Shown: positions 48,503 through 56,738 of the stretch, in pieces
Layout of the letters: every line of letters starts with the position of its first letter
Position numbering within the stretch: the first letter of the stretch is position 1
Source: Oscillospiraceae bacterium
GTDB lineage: Bacteria > Bacillota > Clostridia > Oscillospirales > Oscillospiraceae
DNA: 64,000 bases
Direction: 5' to 3'
NCBI GenBank assembly: GCA_017477525.1
Contig: JAFUVO010000016.1
Coordinates: forward strand, 33,119 to 97,118
Notes under the pieces: generated by a model
The model's database searches: none
Told to the model about the DNA's origin: nothing
What the model saw: only the letters and a program-made list of their open reading frames with translations
Made by a program: the position numbers and the translations under genes

Positions 48503-48644
48503 TCCTGCTTTTGTAGGATTTGCTAACTTTTTTCACAGCTTCTGGCGCAAGCAATGCGAACAGTTCCGAATTGACAGGGACGTGGCATTCCGCCAAATTC
48601 CCATCCGCTCTTGTAAAAATCTTTTAAAAAGAGAAAATTTACCC

Positions 48645-48673
48645 TTGCAATTTCTGATCGGATGTGCTATGAT
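48645..48673 (+). promoter_or_regulatory. Promoter of tRNA-Arg
   Basis: TTGCAA (48645-48650), 17 bp, then TATGAT (48668-48673). It ends 25 nt before the tRNA 5' end. Confidence 0.65.
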
Positions 48674-48698
48674 ATATAAGTCCTCAGGGTTCAGATAT

Positions 48699-48775
48699 GC
48701 GCCGTTAGCTCAGCTGGATAGAGTGTCTGGCTACGGACCAGAAGGTCAGGGGTTCGAATCCCTTACGGCGTGCCA
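48699..48775 (+). tRNA. tRNA-Arg (anticodon ACG), CCA encoded
   Basis: Folded by hand. Acceptor GCGCCGT/ACGGCGT, D arm GCTC..GAGT, anticodon arm TCTGG-CTACGGA-CCAGA, T arm AGGGG-TTCGAAT-CCCTT, then GCCA. Confidence 0.93.
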
Positions 48776-48777
48776 AG

Positions 48778-48811
48778 AAATGCCCGGTTTTCTTTGAAAA
48801 CCGGGCATTTT
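48778..48811 (+). terminator. Intrinsic terminator after tRNA-Arg
   Basis: AAATGCCCGGTTTT-ctttg-AAAACCGGGCATTT followed by T. Confidence 0.75.
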
Positions 48812-48965
48812 CATAACTTTTTTGGCAGTTTTAAATGTGGGTCAAATTGCCCGACCCACATTTTGACCCACACGGGGAAAGGTTCGGATAGTACGGGATA
48901 GGAAATTCCTTTGTTTTTTTCGCTGTTTTTGCAATTCTTCAAAACTATTTCAAGATTTTTGCGGG

Positions 48966-49673
48966 TCAGGTCCTTCGTCTGCTTTGCGGGGCGAAGGGCC
49001 TTTCTTTGATTATGCGTATCATTTTTTGAACGGTCAAGGAGTCCGGTTCAACGTGGCAAAGCAGGAACAGCACCTCCACCCCCTCCTCCTGCGCCTCCGC
49101 AAGCGCAGCGCCAAATTCCGGGTGCGTAGCGGTATTGGGTCTCACTTCGGTGACGCCGTCCATCTGGATCACGAATGCGACAGCGGCATGGTAACCTTCT
49201 TTCGTGGCGCGGGCCAACTCCCGAAGATGCTTTACGCCACGCTCTGTCGGCGCATCCGGGAAATAGCCGATTCCGTCGATCTCCAGTGTACAGCCCTTGA
49301 CCTCCATCAGATACTTTTCTCTGCCCTTTTCCATGTAGAAGTCAATGCGGGAATCGCCGTAGGTGTATTCCGGAACGATTTTATCGAAGCTCTGTGTTTC
49401 CAACCACTCCCGCGCGACCTTGTTCGGCGCTTGGCTATCGATGTTGACCAACGGACCGCTTGATTTGCGCGCGGCGATCAGGTCGTATTTCGTTTTGCGG
49501 GCGGGGTTCGCCGATTGTTCCAGCCAGACTTCTGCGCCTTCCACCAATAACTCCCGGCACCGTCCTGTGTTCTTCACATGGACGGTTTCTGTTTTGCCGC
49601 CGATTTGTACATGGGCAATGAAGCGATTCGGGCGGTCAAGGAACGTTCCGCGTATGACATTGTCGTACCTCAT
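48966..49673 (-). CDS. sfsA: DNA/RNA nuclease SfsA
   Basis: MRYDNVIRGTFLDRPNRFIAHV...VHV.NTGR..ELL..G..V.L........KT.YDL and ...DSRIDF....EVK. Confidence 0.88.
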   Translation of the reverse strand: MRYDNVIRGTFLDRPNRFIAHVQIGGKTETVHVKNTGRCRELLVEGAEVWLEQSANPARKTKYDLIAARKSSGPLVNIDSQAPNKVAREWLETQSFDKIVPEYTYGDSRIDFYMEKGREKYLMEVKGCTLEIDGIGYFPDAPTERGVKHLRELARATKEGYHAAVAFVIQMDGVTEVRPNTATHPEFGAALAEAQEEGVEVLFLLCHVEPDSLTVQKMIRIIKERPFAPQSRRRT

Positions 49674-50164
49674 CTTCTGAATCTGTAAATTTTCTTCAGA
49701 CGTTCCAGCATCTCGAAAACGACAGGGCATACCTCCGCGTAGGACAGGATGCTGAAAAGGCTATGCAGCCGCTCTGGTCTGTCCGTATAGGGGAAGTCCC
49801 TGCATTCCTTCGGCTTACAGTCCTGAATCGCGCATTTTCCGTCGTCTCCGAGAAACCGGCACGGTGCCGCCAGTTCAGGTCCTTCCTCTCCCTCGGTGAG
49901 ATAGTTCTCGATAAAATCCTGCTTTTCCATGCCAAGGAAGGCAGAAATGGATGTGATTTCCTCATCCTGTAGAGGTGTTGTGAACTTTCGGCAGCAATTA
50001 GCGCATTTGCAGCAATCAAAGTCCGCAAACAGCTCCCGAAGCAGTTCCAGAAACTGATGATCCAGCTCGTCCTCATCCGCATGGATTTTCAGAAACGTCC
50101 GAAATTGCAGATTCTCATCCTCCGTCCGCTTCGCCGTTTTGCGGAGCTGTCTGGGCGTCATCAT
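49670..50164 (-). CDS. YkgJ family cysteine-cluster protein (UPF0153)
   Basis: CCKCANCCRKF...C.FL..DGKCAIQDCKPKECRDFP matches the CxxCxxCC family pattern. Confidence 0.75.
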   Translation of the reverse strand: MMTPRQLRKTAKRTEDENLQFRTFLKIHADEDELDHQFLELLRELFADFDCCKCANCCRKFTTPLQDEEITSISAFLGMEKQDFIENYLTEGEEGPELAAPCRFLGDDGKCAIQDCKPKECRDFPYTDRPERLHSLFSILSYAEVCPVVFEMLERLKKIYRFRR

Positions 50165-50823
50165 TTTGATTTGCCTCCCGGCATGACCTTTGGCGAGATA
50201 AAGATGTAGGTATCCTGATCGCCTTCATAGCCGCAGACGCCCATGCGGGGAGAATTGGTAATGGGAAGCAGCATTTCTTCATGCTCGTGTCCCTCCGCAC
50301 AAGCCTCGCAATAGAAGGGGTTGTCGGTTTCATAGATACATTCTGCGCAGATATAGGCGGCATCCGCGCCGCACTCTGCGCACCGGAACACAGGAGGAAT
50401 GTTCCGTGCGAGCAGACGCACCGCTTCCTTTTGCGGCTTGCGGAACGTGCGCCCGATTACGGTAATCAGAGTTTCCGTGGTACTGCCGAAATCATATTCG
50501 TGCAGCAACTGGTCGCTGTCCGAAAAAACACCCAGTTTGCGGTTCTTGCCGATCTCCCGATGGCCCGGTCCGCTGAACGCGCTCATGTGTCCGCAACACT
50601 CCAGCCAGATTTTGCGCAGGAATGTGTCCAGCGTATTCAGCGTACTGCTGACCGGAATGTCAACGTACAGCCAATAGTCTTTGTCATAGGCCCCTTCGAT
50701 CTTGAGCAGGCAACACTCCTGTCCAGCCGCTTCACCGTGCGTTTTCAGGAGATGGTTTTTCATCGCCACCTTCCCCAGTTCCGCGCCGCAGAGATAGCAG
50801 TTTCCTTTTGTAGCGGATGCCAT
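50161..50823 (-). CDS. Zinc-finger protein with pRiA4b ORF-3-like core
   Basis: The N-terminus is CYLCGAELGK...HLLKTH. The core is YWLYVDIP...TLDTFLRKIWLECCGHMSAF...HEYDFGSTTE (PRiA4_ORF3-like). The C-terminus has CAEC..CAEC..CEAC..H.H clusters. Family assignment is tentative. Confidence 0.45.
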   Translation of the reverse strand: MASATKGNCYLCGAELGKVAMKNHLLKTHGEAAGQECCLLKIEGAYDKDYWLYVDIPVSSTLNTLDTFLRKIWLECCGHMSAFSGPGHREIGKNRKLGVFSDSDQLLHEYDFGSTTETLITVIGRTFRKPQKEAVRLLARNIPPVFRCAECGADAAYICAECIYETDNPFYCEACAEGHEHEEMLLPITNSPRMGVCGYEGDQDTYIFISPKVMPGGKSK

Positions 50824-50950
50824 GCTGTCACCCTTCTTTCTGTATGAGGTATCTTCATTATAGTGCATTTGACGAAAAAAACAAGACCAGGCCTTGCTTT
50901 CTGTAAAGAATTCTGATAATGTTTCTATGCCGCCTGTAAATTTGAAAAAG

Positions 50951-50983
50951 CAGCACGGCGGATGATGCTTATCCGCCGTGCTG
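50951..50983. terminator. Hairpin terminator downstream of the integrase gene
   Basis: CAGCACGGCGGAT-gatgctt-ATCCGCCGTGCTG forms a 13-bp stem with T-tracts on both strands. Confidence 0.7.
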
Positions 50984-50995
50984 TGTTTTGATAGC

Positions 50996-52150
50996 TTACA
51001 CCGCTCCCGCCAGGAAGTTCCCCACCTTGTTCGCTGCGTCCTGCTTCATCGCCTTGGTGATATGCCCATAGGTGTCAAGTGTAAACCCTGCACTGTAGTG
51101 GCCCAGCAGGCCGGAAAGCGTCTTTACATCCACGCCGTTCTGGAGTGCCAAGGTAGCGAATGTATGTCTGAGTGAATGGAACGGAATTTCCTCCATCCCC
51201 GCCCGTTTTAGGACGCGGTGGAGCATCTTCAGCATGCTGTCAGGGCACATTGGACCACCCGACGGCGAGGAGAAGGCATAGATGCTGAAGCCGTCTTCCC
51301 TCTCCTTTTTCTCCCTTAGTATCTGGACCACCTCCGTCGCGACGATGATCTGGCGATAAGCATTCTTAGTTTTCAGAGGTGACTCCTTGACCTCGCCGTT
51401 TAGCCGTGTAATTTGGCGTTGGATGTAGATGCTCCCAGCCTCGAAGTCGATGTCATCCCAATGGATGCCCAGCAGCTCGCCCCGGCGGAGGCCCGTTGAC
51501 AGCTCCGTATAATAGAGCTCGAACACGCCGCTGTGTTTTGCTTCGAGGAAGAAGGCTTCCAGTTTATCCAGAGGAAGCGTTTTCATCTCCGTCTTTTCCT
51601 TCTTCGGCAGGACGCAGCCGGTGGCGGGATTCTCCGGGATCATCTTTTCCTTGACCGCCTGCTCCAGCGCGTGGGAGATGAAGAAGTGCATGTTACGGAT
51701 CGACTTCGCCGCAAGGCCCTTCGGCTGTTTCTCGGACTCCTTCCGCTGAACCCGTCCGCTTTTGCCCATACGATTGTAGAAGAGTTGGATGTCGTGGGTT
51801 GTAAGTTTTTGAAGCTTGGCTTTGCCGACGCTGCTGGTGGCGATTTGGTTTTTGAGAAACCCTTCGTAGTTGATCCGTGTGGATTCCCTGAGATAGACTT
51901 TGCCGTAGGTGTCCATCCAGTAACGGAGCCATTGAGCCAGCGTGTACTCGTCCGCCTTTGCCACGTTGGAGATATCTGCGAGGGCAACCGCGTCTTTCAG
52001 CTTGGCCTTGACCTCCGCTTGGGTTCTTCCGAGAACATTTTTAATGACGCGCCTGCCGTTTTCATCATACCCTGCGGTATAGCGTCCTTCCCAGCGTCCA
52101 TCTTTCCGCTTGCGGATATTGCCCTCACCGTTTGCTCTGCGCTTGGCCAT
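50996..52150 (-). CDS. Tyrosine-type site-specific integrase
   Basis: The N-terminal arm-binding region is MAKRRANGEGNIRKRKDGRWEGRY. The catalytic C-terminus is HSLRHTFATLALQNGVDVKTLSGLLGHYSAGFTLDTYGH. Confidence 0.92.
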   Translation of the reverse strand: MAKRRANGEGNIRKRKDGRWEGRYTAGYDENGRRVIKNVLGRTQAEVKAKLKDAVALADISNVAKADEYTLAQWLRYWMDTYGKVYLRESTRINYEGFLKNQIATSSVGKAKLQKLTTHDIQLFYNRMGKSGRVQRKESEKQPKGLAAKSIRNMHFFISHALEQAVKEKMIPENPATGCVLPKKEKTEMKTLPLDKLEAFFLEAKHSGVFELYYTELSTGLRRGELLGIHWDDIDFEAGSIYIQRQITRLNGEVKESPLKTKNAYRQIIVATEVVQILREKKEREDGFSIYAFSSPSGGPMCPDSMLKMLHRVLKRAGMEEIPFHSLRHTFATLALQNGVDVKTLSGLLGHYSAGFTLDTYGHITKAMKQDAANKVGNFLAGAV

Positions 52151-52250
52151 CTTGTCATCCCTCCCTTGGTAAGCACACAACATACCACAACGATTTTTGG
52201 AAAGCTACTACTTTTTTCGGACTCGGACAAATTGACCGGCACCAAACGTG

Positions 52251-54209
52251 TTACACGGTCTGTTGATACTGATTGTTCAACGCATCCTCATGGTCATCAA
52301 TTTTATGTCCGGCGGACAGTCGTTTGTCCATCAACTCCCGCCGCCGCTTGCGGTCGATCTGAATTCCGCCGGTCACCGGCGGCAGGGGTGTGCGCTCTTG
52401 AAAGATGCTACCCATGTGATGAAGCAGTCGGGTGGCGGATAGCATCATGGATGTCGGGTGGAGCGAATCCCAGCGGTTAACAAAGTGCTGTGCGTATTTG
52501 TGCCCCTGATCTGCTGCCTGCTGCATCCAGTAGAGTGCCTCATCCTTATCTCTCGGAACACCGTCGCCGTTCAGGTACAGCTTGCCAAGCATGTAATGTG
52601 CGTATGGATTCCCTGCGTCGGCGGCGTATTGGAGATACTGCGCCGCTTTGTTTGCATCTTTGTCTGCGACCTCACCACGCAGATATTCTTTGCCAAGACG
52701 GTAGGCGGCGTAAGTGTTTCCATTCTGTGCCGCAGCCTCCAACCATCGCAGCCCTGCTTCGATATTGCGGACTTCCACATCGTTCGAAATCAACAGCTTG
52801 CCAAGTGCGTACTGCGCCGCATCGTTTCCCTGCCGTGCCGCTTTCTCGAACCAATACGCCGCGGTCACCCAGTCCGGAATCTGCAGCGGGCCGTCGCGAT
52901 AGAGTCTGCCCATTGCGTACTGCGCATGGGTGTCGCCGCCTTTGGCGAGTTGTTCCATCTGGCGGATAGCCGCGTCGCGCTCGGCCATCGGGATATCTTC
53001 GTCGGTGATGATCTGGTATTGCTCCCAGAACGATTCTGACGGCCAATCGAATTCTTCCGGCTCATCCTCACTATCAATCCCCTCATCTTCAAAGCTGACC
53101 ACGCCGAGACGGATACGCTCCGCTTCTTTGATGATTGCGTTCTTGATTGCCGTAAACTCTTTTTCCTCGGACAGCTTCTTCCGTTGCCGCCGCTCGTCTT
53201 TGTAGTAGCTGTCGACCTGCCATTGCAGCTCCAGCCACTTGTCGTAGCACTCGGCCACGACAGGAAGCCGTTCCATCTCGTCGACGATCTCGTTTACTTT
53301 TTTCTTCAGCCGCTTCGGGAGGTAGCCATAGGACTTTTTACCTTTGACCGATCCGAGCTCTGCCGCCAACTCTTGCATCAACTGTTCCGCCTCCGGGTGA
53401 TCACAGATGCCGCGTTGCATCTCCCGAGCCAAGTCCAGGACTGCTTGCCTCGCTTCATGCACCAGCTCGTCACGGGACTCGGACTTCTGCTCGTAGATGT
53501 TCAGCATCTCGAACTTGAAGATATCGTTTGTGAGCTGCGACCGAATCTGCTTGATCCCCTCGCGGGACAGATACGCTTGACCCGGCTTTGCTGACCACGC
53601 CATCATGTGGATGTGGGGATGATCGCCCTCATCGTGGAATGCAGCGTACCATCGGAAGTCGTTCGGCGGGATATGCATCGCCGCCGCGATGTCGTTGCGG
53701 TGTGCGCGTAGCAGATTGCGCCAGGCGTTCGCGTTATCGTAGCCAAGGCGCGCCGCGTCCTCCCGCTTGAGGGAGAGGATGTGCGTCCAAACGTTGCCGG
53801 TATAACGCGCCAGCTCCGCCGCCGTCGCCTCGAGGTCAACGCCGTCCTCGTCCCCGAACAGGCCGTGACTCCCCAGACGCTCCGCCCGTGGGCGGGTGGC
53901 GATGTAGCGGGCGTAGACGTCCGAGTGCTGCGCCGCGTCCCAGTTGTTCTCCAACGCTATAGATATGAGCGAGGACGCGCGGGCTTTCGTCGGCTCTGCT
54001 ACGTAGTCTTGATATTCATCCAGAGATTTTGTATCTGGGAAATCTCTGACGAGATCTCGGATGAGCTGTTCCTGCTTCCGTGTCGGCGGACGGTCGTCGG
54101 GGACGATCTCGACGTGTTCCCGCGTTCCGATGTATTTGAGATACTTCTCCGCGCCGCCGCCTTTGCCCCCGCACTTGATGTAGGGGCTCTTGACAATCAG
54201 TCGCGCCAT
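52251..54209 (-). CDS. MOBP-type (MobL-like) relaxase fused to C-terminal Sel1-like repeats
   Basis: The N-terminus is MARLIVKSPYIK...YLKYIGTRE. The histidine triad region is FHDEGDHPHIHMMAW. The C-terminal ~170 aa carry four Sel1-type repeats (GDTHAQYAMGRLY, GNDAAQYALGKLL, GNTYAAYRLGKEY, GNPYAHYMLGKLYLNGDGVPRDKDEALYW). Confidence 0.8.
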   Translation of the reverse strand: MARLIVKSPYIKCGGKGGGAEKYLKYIGTREHVEIVPDDRPPTRKQEQLIRDLVRDFPDTKSLDEYQDYVAEPTKARASSLISIALENNWDAAQHSDVYARYIATRPRAERLGSHGLFGDEDGVDLEATAAELARYTGNVWTHILSLKREDAARLGYDNANAWRNLLRAHRNDIAAAMHIPPNDFRWYAAFHDEGDHPHIHMMAWSAKPGQAYLSREGIKQIRSQLTNDIFKFEMLNIYEQKSESRDELVHEARQAVLDLAREMQRGICDHPEAEQLMQELAAELGSVKGKKSYGYLPKRLKKKVNEIVDEMERLPVVAECYDKWLELQWQVDSYYKDERRQRKKLSEEKEFTAIKNAIIKEAERIRLGVVSFEDEGIDSEDEPEEFDWPSESFWEQYQIITDEDIPMAERDAAIRQMEQLAKGGDTHAQYAMGRLYRDGPLQIPDWVTAAYWFEKAARQGNDAAQYALGKLLISNDVEVRNIEAGLRWLEAAAQNGNTYAAYRLGKEYLRGEVADKDANKAAQYLQYAADAGNPYAHYMLGKLYLNGDGVPRDKDEALYWMQQAADQGHKYAQHFVNRWDSLHPTSMMLSATRLLHHMGSIFQERTPLPPVTGGIQIDRKRRRELMDKRLSAGHKIDDHEDALNNQYQQTV

Positions 54210-54613
54210 CAGGAATCACGCTGAGCGTCGCGTACCTTCTGATCGAATGAGACGCGGCCATTGGTTTGCTTGACATGATCCACCCTCTTTGACCGGATGT
54301 GGCGCATTGTATCTTCGTTGATTTTGTAGACCAGCGCGAAGGTCTCCGCCAGCTCATCGACTGTAACCGAGTTCGTGAACAGCAGGCCCGCGATCCTGTC
54401 CTCGAGCATCCCCAGTCGTCCGTCGATCACAGCCTGGATTGCCGTCGGGAGAAAAGCGCCTGCATTGTTTGCGCTGAGATAGTCGAGGTAATACTCTACC
54501 GCATGTTCCACAAATTCCGTTTGACTTCGACTGCCATCTTCTGTATATCGCCGCTCAATCTCCGCCTTTTTCTCGGCGGGCAGATAAAGCGCGAATTTCA
54601 CTTTTTCGCTCAA
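54209..54613 (-). CDS. Ribbon-helix-helix relaxosome accessory protein (MobC-like)
   Basis: I place the start at TTG 54611-54613 after GGAAAGGAAG. The N-terminus SEKVKFALYLPAEKKAEIERRY fits an RHH beta-strand plus helix. The stop overlaps the relaxase ATG. Confidence 0.6.
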   Translation of the reverse strand: MSEKVKFALYLPAEKKAEIERRYTEDGSRSQTEFVEHAVEYYLDYLSANNAGAFLPTAIQAVIDGRLGMLEDRIAGLLFTNSVTVDELAETFALVYKINEDTMRHIRSKRVDHVKQTNGRVSFDQKVRDAQRDS

Positions 54614-54931
54614 AACGCTTCCTTTCCAGGGATTTGACCCCTGTGATTCTCTCGTGTTTGCGCGGATCTTGCGGTACCATGACCGCACAGTCACTTTTTG
54701 CCCTCTGCGATGACCCCAGAACCGGCTCGCCAAAACTGCCCGCACTGCGGGCAGAAGTGGCTGCTGGGGTGTCGCTTGCGACGCCACGGCTTTATCCTGC
54801 TTCGCCTTTCGTCCTCCGTACTCGCCCCAAGATGGGCGAAATACCGGGTGGATGTCGGATGCTGTGGTGTGTGTCCTCCTTGCCCGTCAGCGTGGCACAC
54901 AGCGGCACACGTTGGGCAACGGATGGTGAAT

Positions 54932-55345
54932 CTATACCGGATGCGTCCGGTCAAACACGGCCAGCTTCTTTTCCGCTCTCTGTCTGGCCGCCTCCAGCCG
55001 CGCCGCCTCATACTGCTTGCTCATGTAGTAATCTACTGCTTCGCTGATTGGGAGCAGCGTGTACCTCAGATTCCCGTTTCGTTTCTTCCCTCTGACAACC
55101 ACCTGGGTTTCCTCCGTCTCGATCAGGCGCTTCTTCACCAGCGAGAGCACATATTTCCGCACGGTGTTCCTGCACATCCCCAGCGTCCGCCCGATGGTAC
55201 CGTAGCTGGGATAGCAGAGGTTCTTCCTTTGGTCCTCACAGTACAGCAGGTAAGCGTAGACTGCGATCTCATTGTGATCCAGTCCCAGCTCGAACAGCTC
55301 ATTCGGCAGCCGGACGTATCTGTTCTTTCTCTCTGTCATCAACAC
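54932..55345 (-). CDS. Winged helix-turn-helix protein (replication/regulatory, HTH_36-like)
   Basis: YVRLPNELFELGLDHNEIAVYAYLLYCEDQRKNLCYPSYGTIGRTLGMCRNTVRKYVLSLVKKRLI. Confidence 0.65.
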   Translation of the reverse strand: MLMTERKNRYVRLPNELFELGLDHNEIAVYAYLLYCEDQRKNLCYPSYGTIGRTLGMCRNTVRKYVLSLVKKRLIETEETQVVVRGKKRNGNLRYTLLPISEAVDYYMSKQYEAARLEAARQRAEKKLAVFDRTHPV

Positions 55346-55548
55346 CCGCCTCCCGTCTGCTCGTTCACCCAGCGGATGAACTTGTCCTTCGGCACGACGA
55401 TCCGGCTGCCGATGCGCAGAGAGGGAAAGCCCTCCCGGTGCAGCAGCTCGTAACCGCTGGCCGCCGCGATACCCAGCGCCTCCGCCACCATCCTGGCGTT
55501 GAGAAACAGAGGCAGGTCGTCGTAGCTGCGATAGATTGACTGCTTCAT
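55339..55548 (-). CDS. Excisionase-family (MerR/HTH_17-like) DNA-binding protein
   Basis: 69 aa from ATG 55548 after AGGAGG. The sequence is LPLFLNARMVAEALGIAAASGYELLHREGFPSLRIGSRIVVPKDKFIRWV. Confidence 0.7.
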   Translation of the reverse strand: MKQSIYRSYDDLPLFLNARMVAEALGIAAASGYELLHREGFPSLRIGSRIVVPKDKFIRWVNEQTGGGC

Positions 55549-55582
55549 TTTCGTCCTCCTATGAATGATAGAATGTTTCCTG

Positions 55583-55611
55583 TTGACAATCTGGCATTTC
55601 TGCGTTAGACT
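55583..55611 (+). promoter_or_regulatory. Candidate promoter for the DUF6076-like gene
   Basis: TTGACA (55583-55588), 17 bp, then TAGACT (55606-55611), in the divergent intergenic region. Confidence 0.35.
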
Positions 55612-55730
55612 GCTATCAACAGCAAAGGCTTTCAATGAGTCTTTAGACCGATATTAAAACTTTGCTTTAGCCTTGTCAAGACTGCATTTGTAAACTTTCT
55701 ATTAACATCAGTCTATTTCGGAGGCGCGAT

Positions 55731-56693
55731 ATGTTCCGATATGAATTCCAATACTATATCCTAGACGGGAGAGAGCATTTCGTCTACGGCGACCGTGACG
55801 GAACTATGCTCAGGGAAAACTATCTTTTTCCGCAAAGCCTTCTTCTGCTGCTGGACCTGAACGTCGTCGAGATCGACACCATCACCCACCGCCTGGACCG
55901 GCTGATCGAGCGCTATCAGGCGGAACGGACCGAGGAGATTGAAAAAGAGATCATGTCCGGTCTGGAGGAGCTGGCCGCGATGCACATTTTCTTCACGCTG
56001 CTGCCGCTGGATTGGAGATGGCGCTTTGACCGGGCCAGGGACGCGGACTGGCGAACCATGTCCGACCTCCTGCCGCGCAAACGGATTTCGCATCTGTATG
56101 TGGAGGTGCAGGAGCGCCAGCGCCAGATCAAGACGCTGTTCCATGAGATATTGAGCAGCGAACTGGACCGGGCGGGAACGCCGCAGCGGATGGCCGCGTA
56201 TTATCAGAAGGAAATCAAATTTGAGCAGGACCGCTACCACTTCCGGCTGCATCCTGTCTGCTATGAGCTTGTGGAGCAGGGTATCTTCACAGACGTGCTT
56301 TACCCCGACGACGTGTATGACCTGATTGATTATTCAGTGACGGAGTGTGTCAAGCGCCAGCTGCGGATGAAGGTCTGCGAGCGCTGCGGACGCTGGTTTG
56401 TCATGAGCCGGAACACGGCGGAATACTGCAATCTCCCGGTGGACGGCAAGCGTGGACGGAGCTGCCGGGAGGTGGCGGCAATGGAAAAGTGGACGGAGAG
56501 CCGGAAGGACGATACCATTTTCAAGGAGTACCGCCGGGAGTACAAGCGGCGCTTCGCCTGGATTCGCGCGGGGCGGATCACGGCGGAGGAGTTTTATCAA
56601 TGGAGCGAGCAGGCGCGGCTCCGGGAGGCGGACTGTGAGAAGGGCGGGACCAGCTTTGAGGAATTCAAGAACTGGCTGAAATATTCCAATTAG
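55731..56693 (+). CDS. DUF6076-like protein with C-terminal Cys cluster
   Basis: 320 aa with CERCGRWFVMSRNTAEYCN......SCRE near the C-terminus. This gene type commonly accompanies this relaxase/integrase module in Clostridia. Family name is from memory. Confidence 0.5.
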   Translation: MFRYEFQYYILDGREHFVYGDRDGTMLRENYLFPQSLLLLLDLNVVEIDTITHRLDRLIERYQAERTEEIEKEIMSGLEELAAMHIFFTLLPLDWRWRFDRARDADWRTMSDLLPRKRISHLYVEVQERQRQIKTLFHEILSSELDRAGTPQRMAAYYQKEIKFEQDRYHFRLHPVCYELVEQGIFTDVLYPDDVYDLIDYSVTECVKRQLRMKVCERCGRWFVMSRNTAEYCNLPVDGKRGRSCREVAAMEKWTESRKDDTIFKEYRREYKRRFAWIRAGRITAEEFYQWSEQARLREADCEKGGTSFEEFKNWLKYSN

Positions 56694-56698
56694 AGAGA

Positions 56699-56738
56699 CT
56701 GCGGGAGAGGCCGGCGCGGGTGCCGGCCTCTCCCGCAG
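56699..56738 (+). terminator. Strong GC hairpin after the DUF6076-like gene
   Basis: CTGCGGGAGAGGCCGGC-gcgggt-GCCGGCCTCTCCCGCAG forms a 17-bp stem. No clear T-tract follows. Confidence 0.55.

Noticed and set aside
48396-48797. 133-aa plus-strand ORF
   Set aside because: It runs through the 24-bp hairpin terminator, the tRNA promoter and the whole tRNA-Arg gene. It has no RBS, so it is spurious.
54691-55011. 106-aa minus-strand ORF containing CPQCGQ and CPTC motifs, checked as a possible small zinc-ribbon protein
   Set aside because: Its only Met lies inside the upstream HTH gene and it has no RBS. Its composition is Arg-rich. The CPQCGQ codons coincide with the palindrome CTGCCCGCACTGCGGGCAG, which is better explained as a DNA or RNA structural element (oriT candidate).
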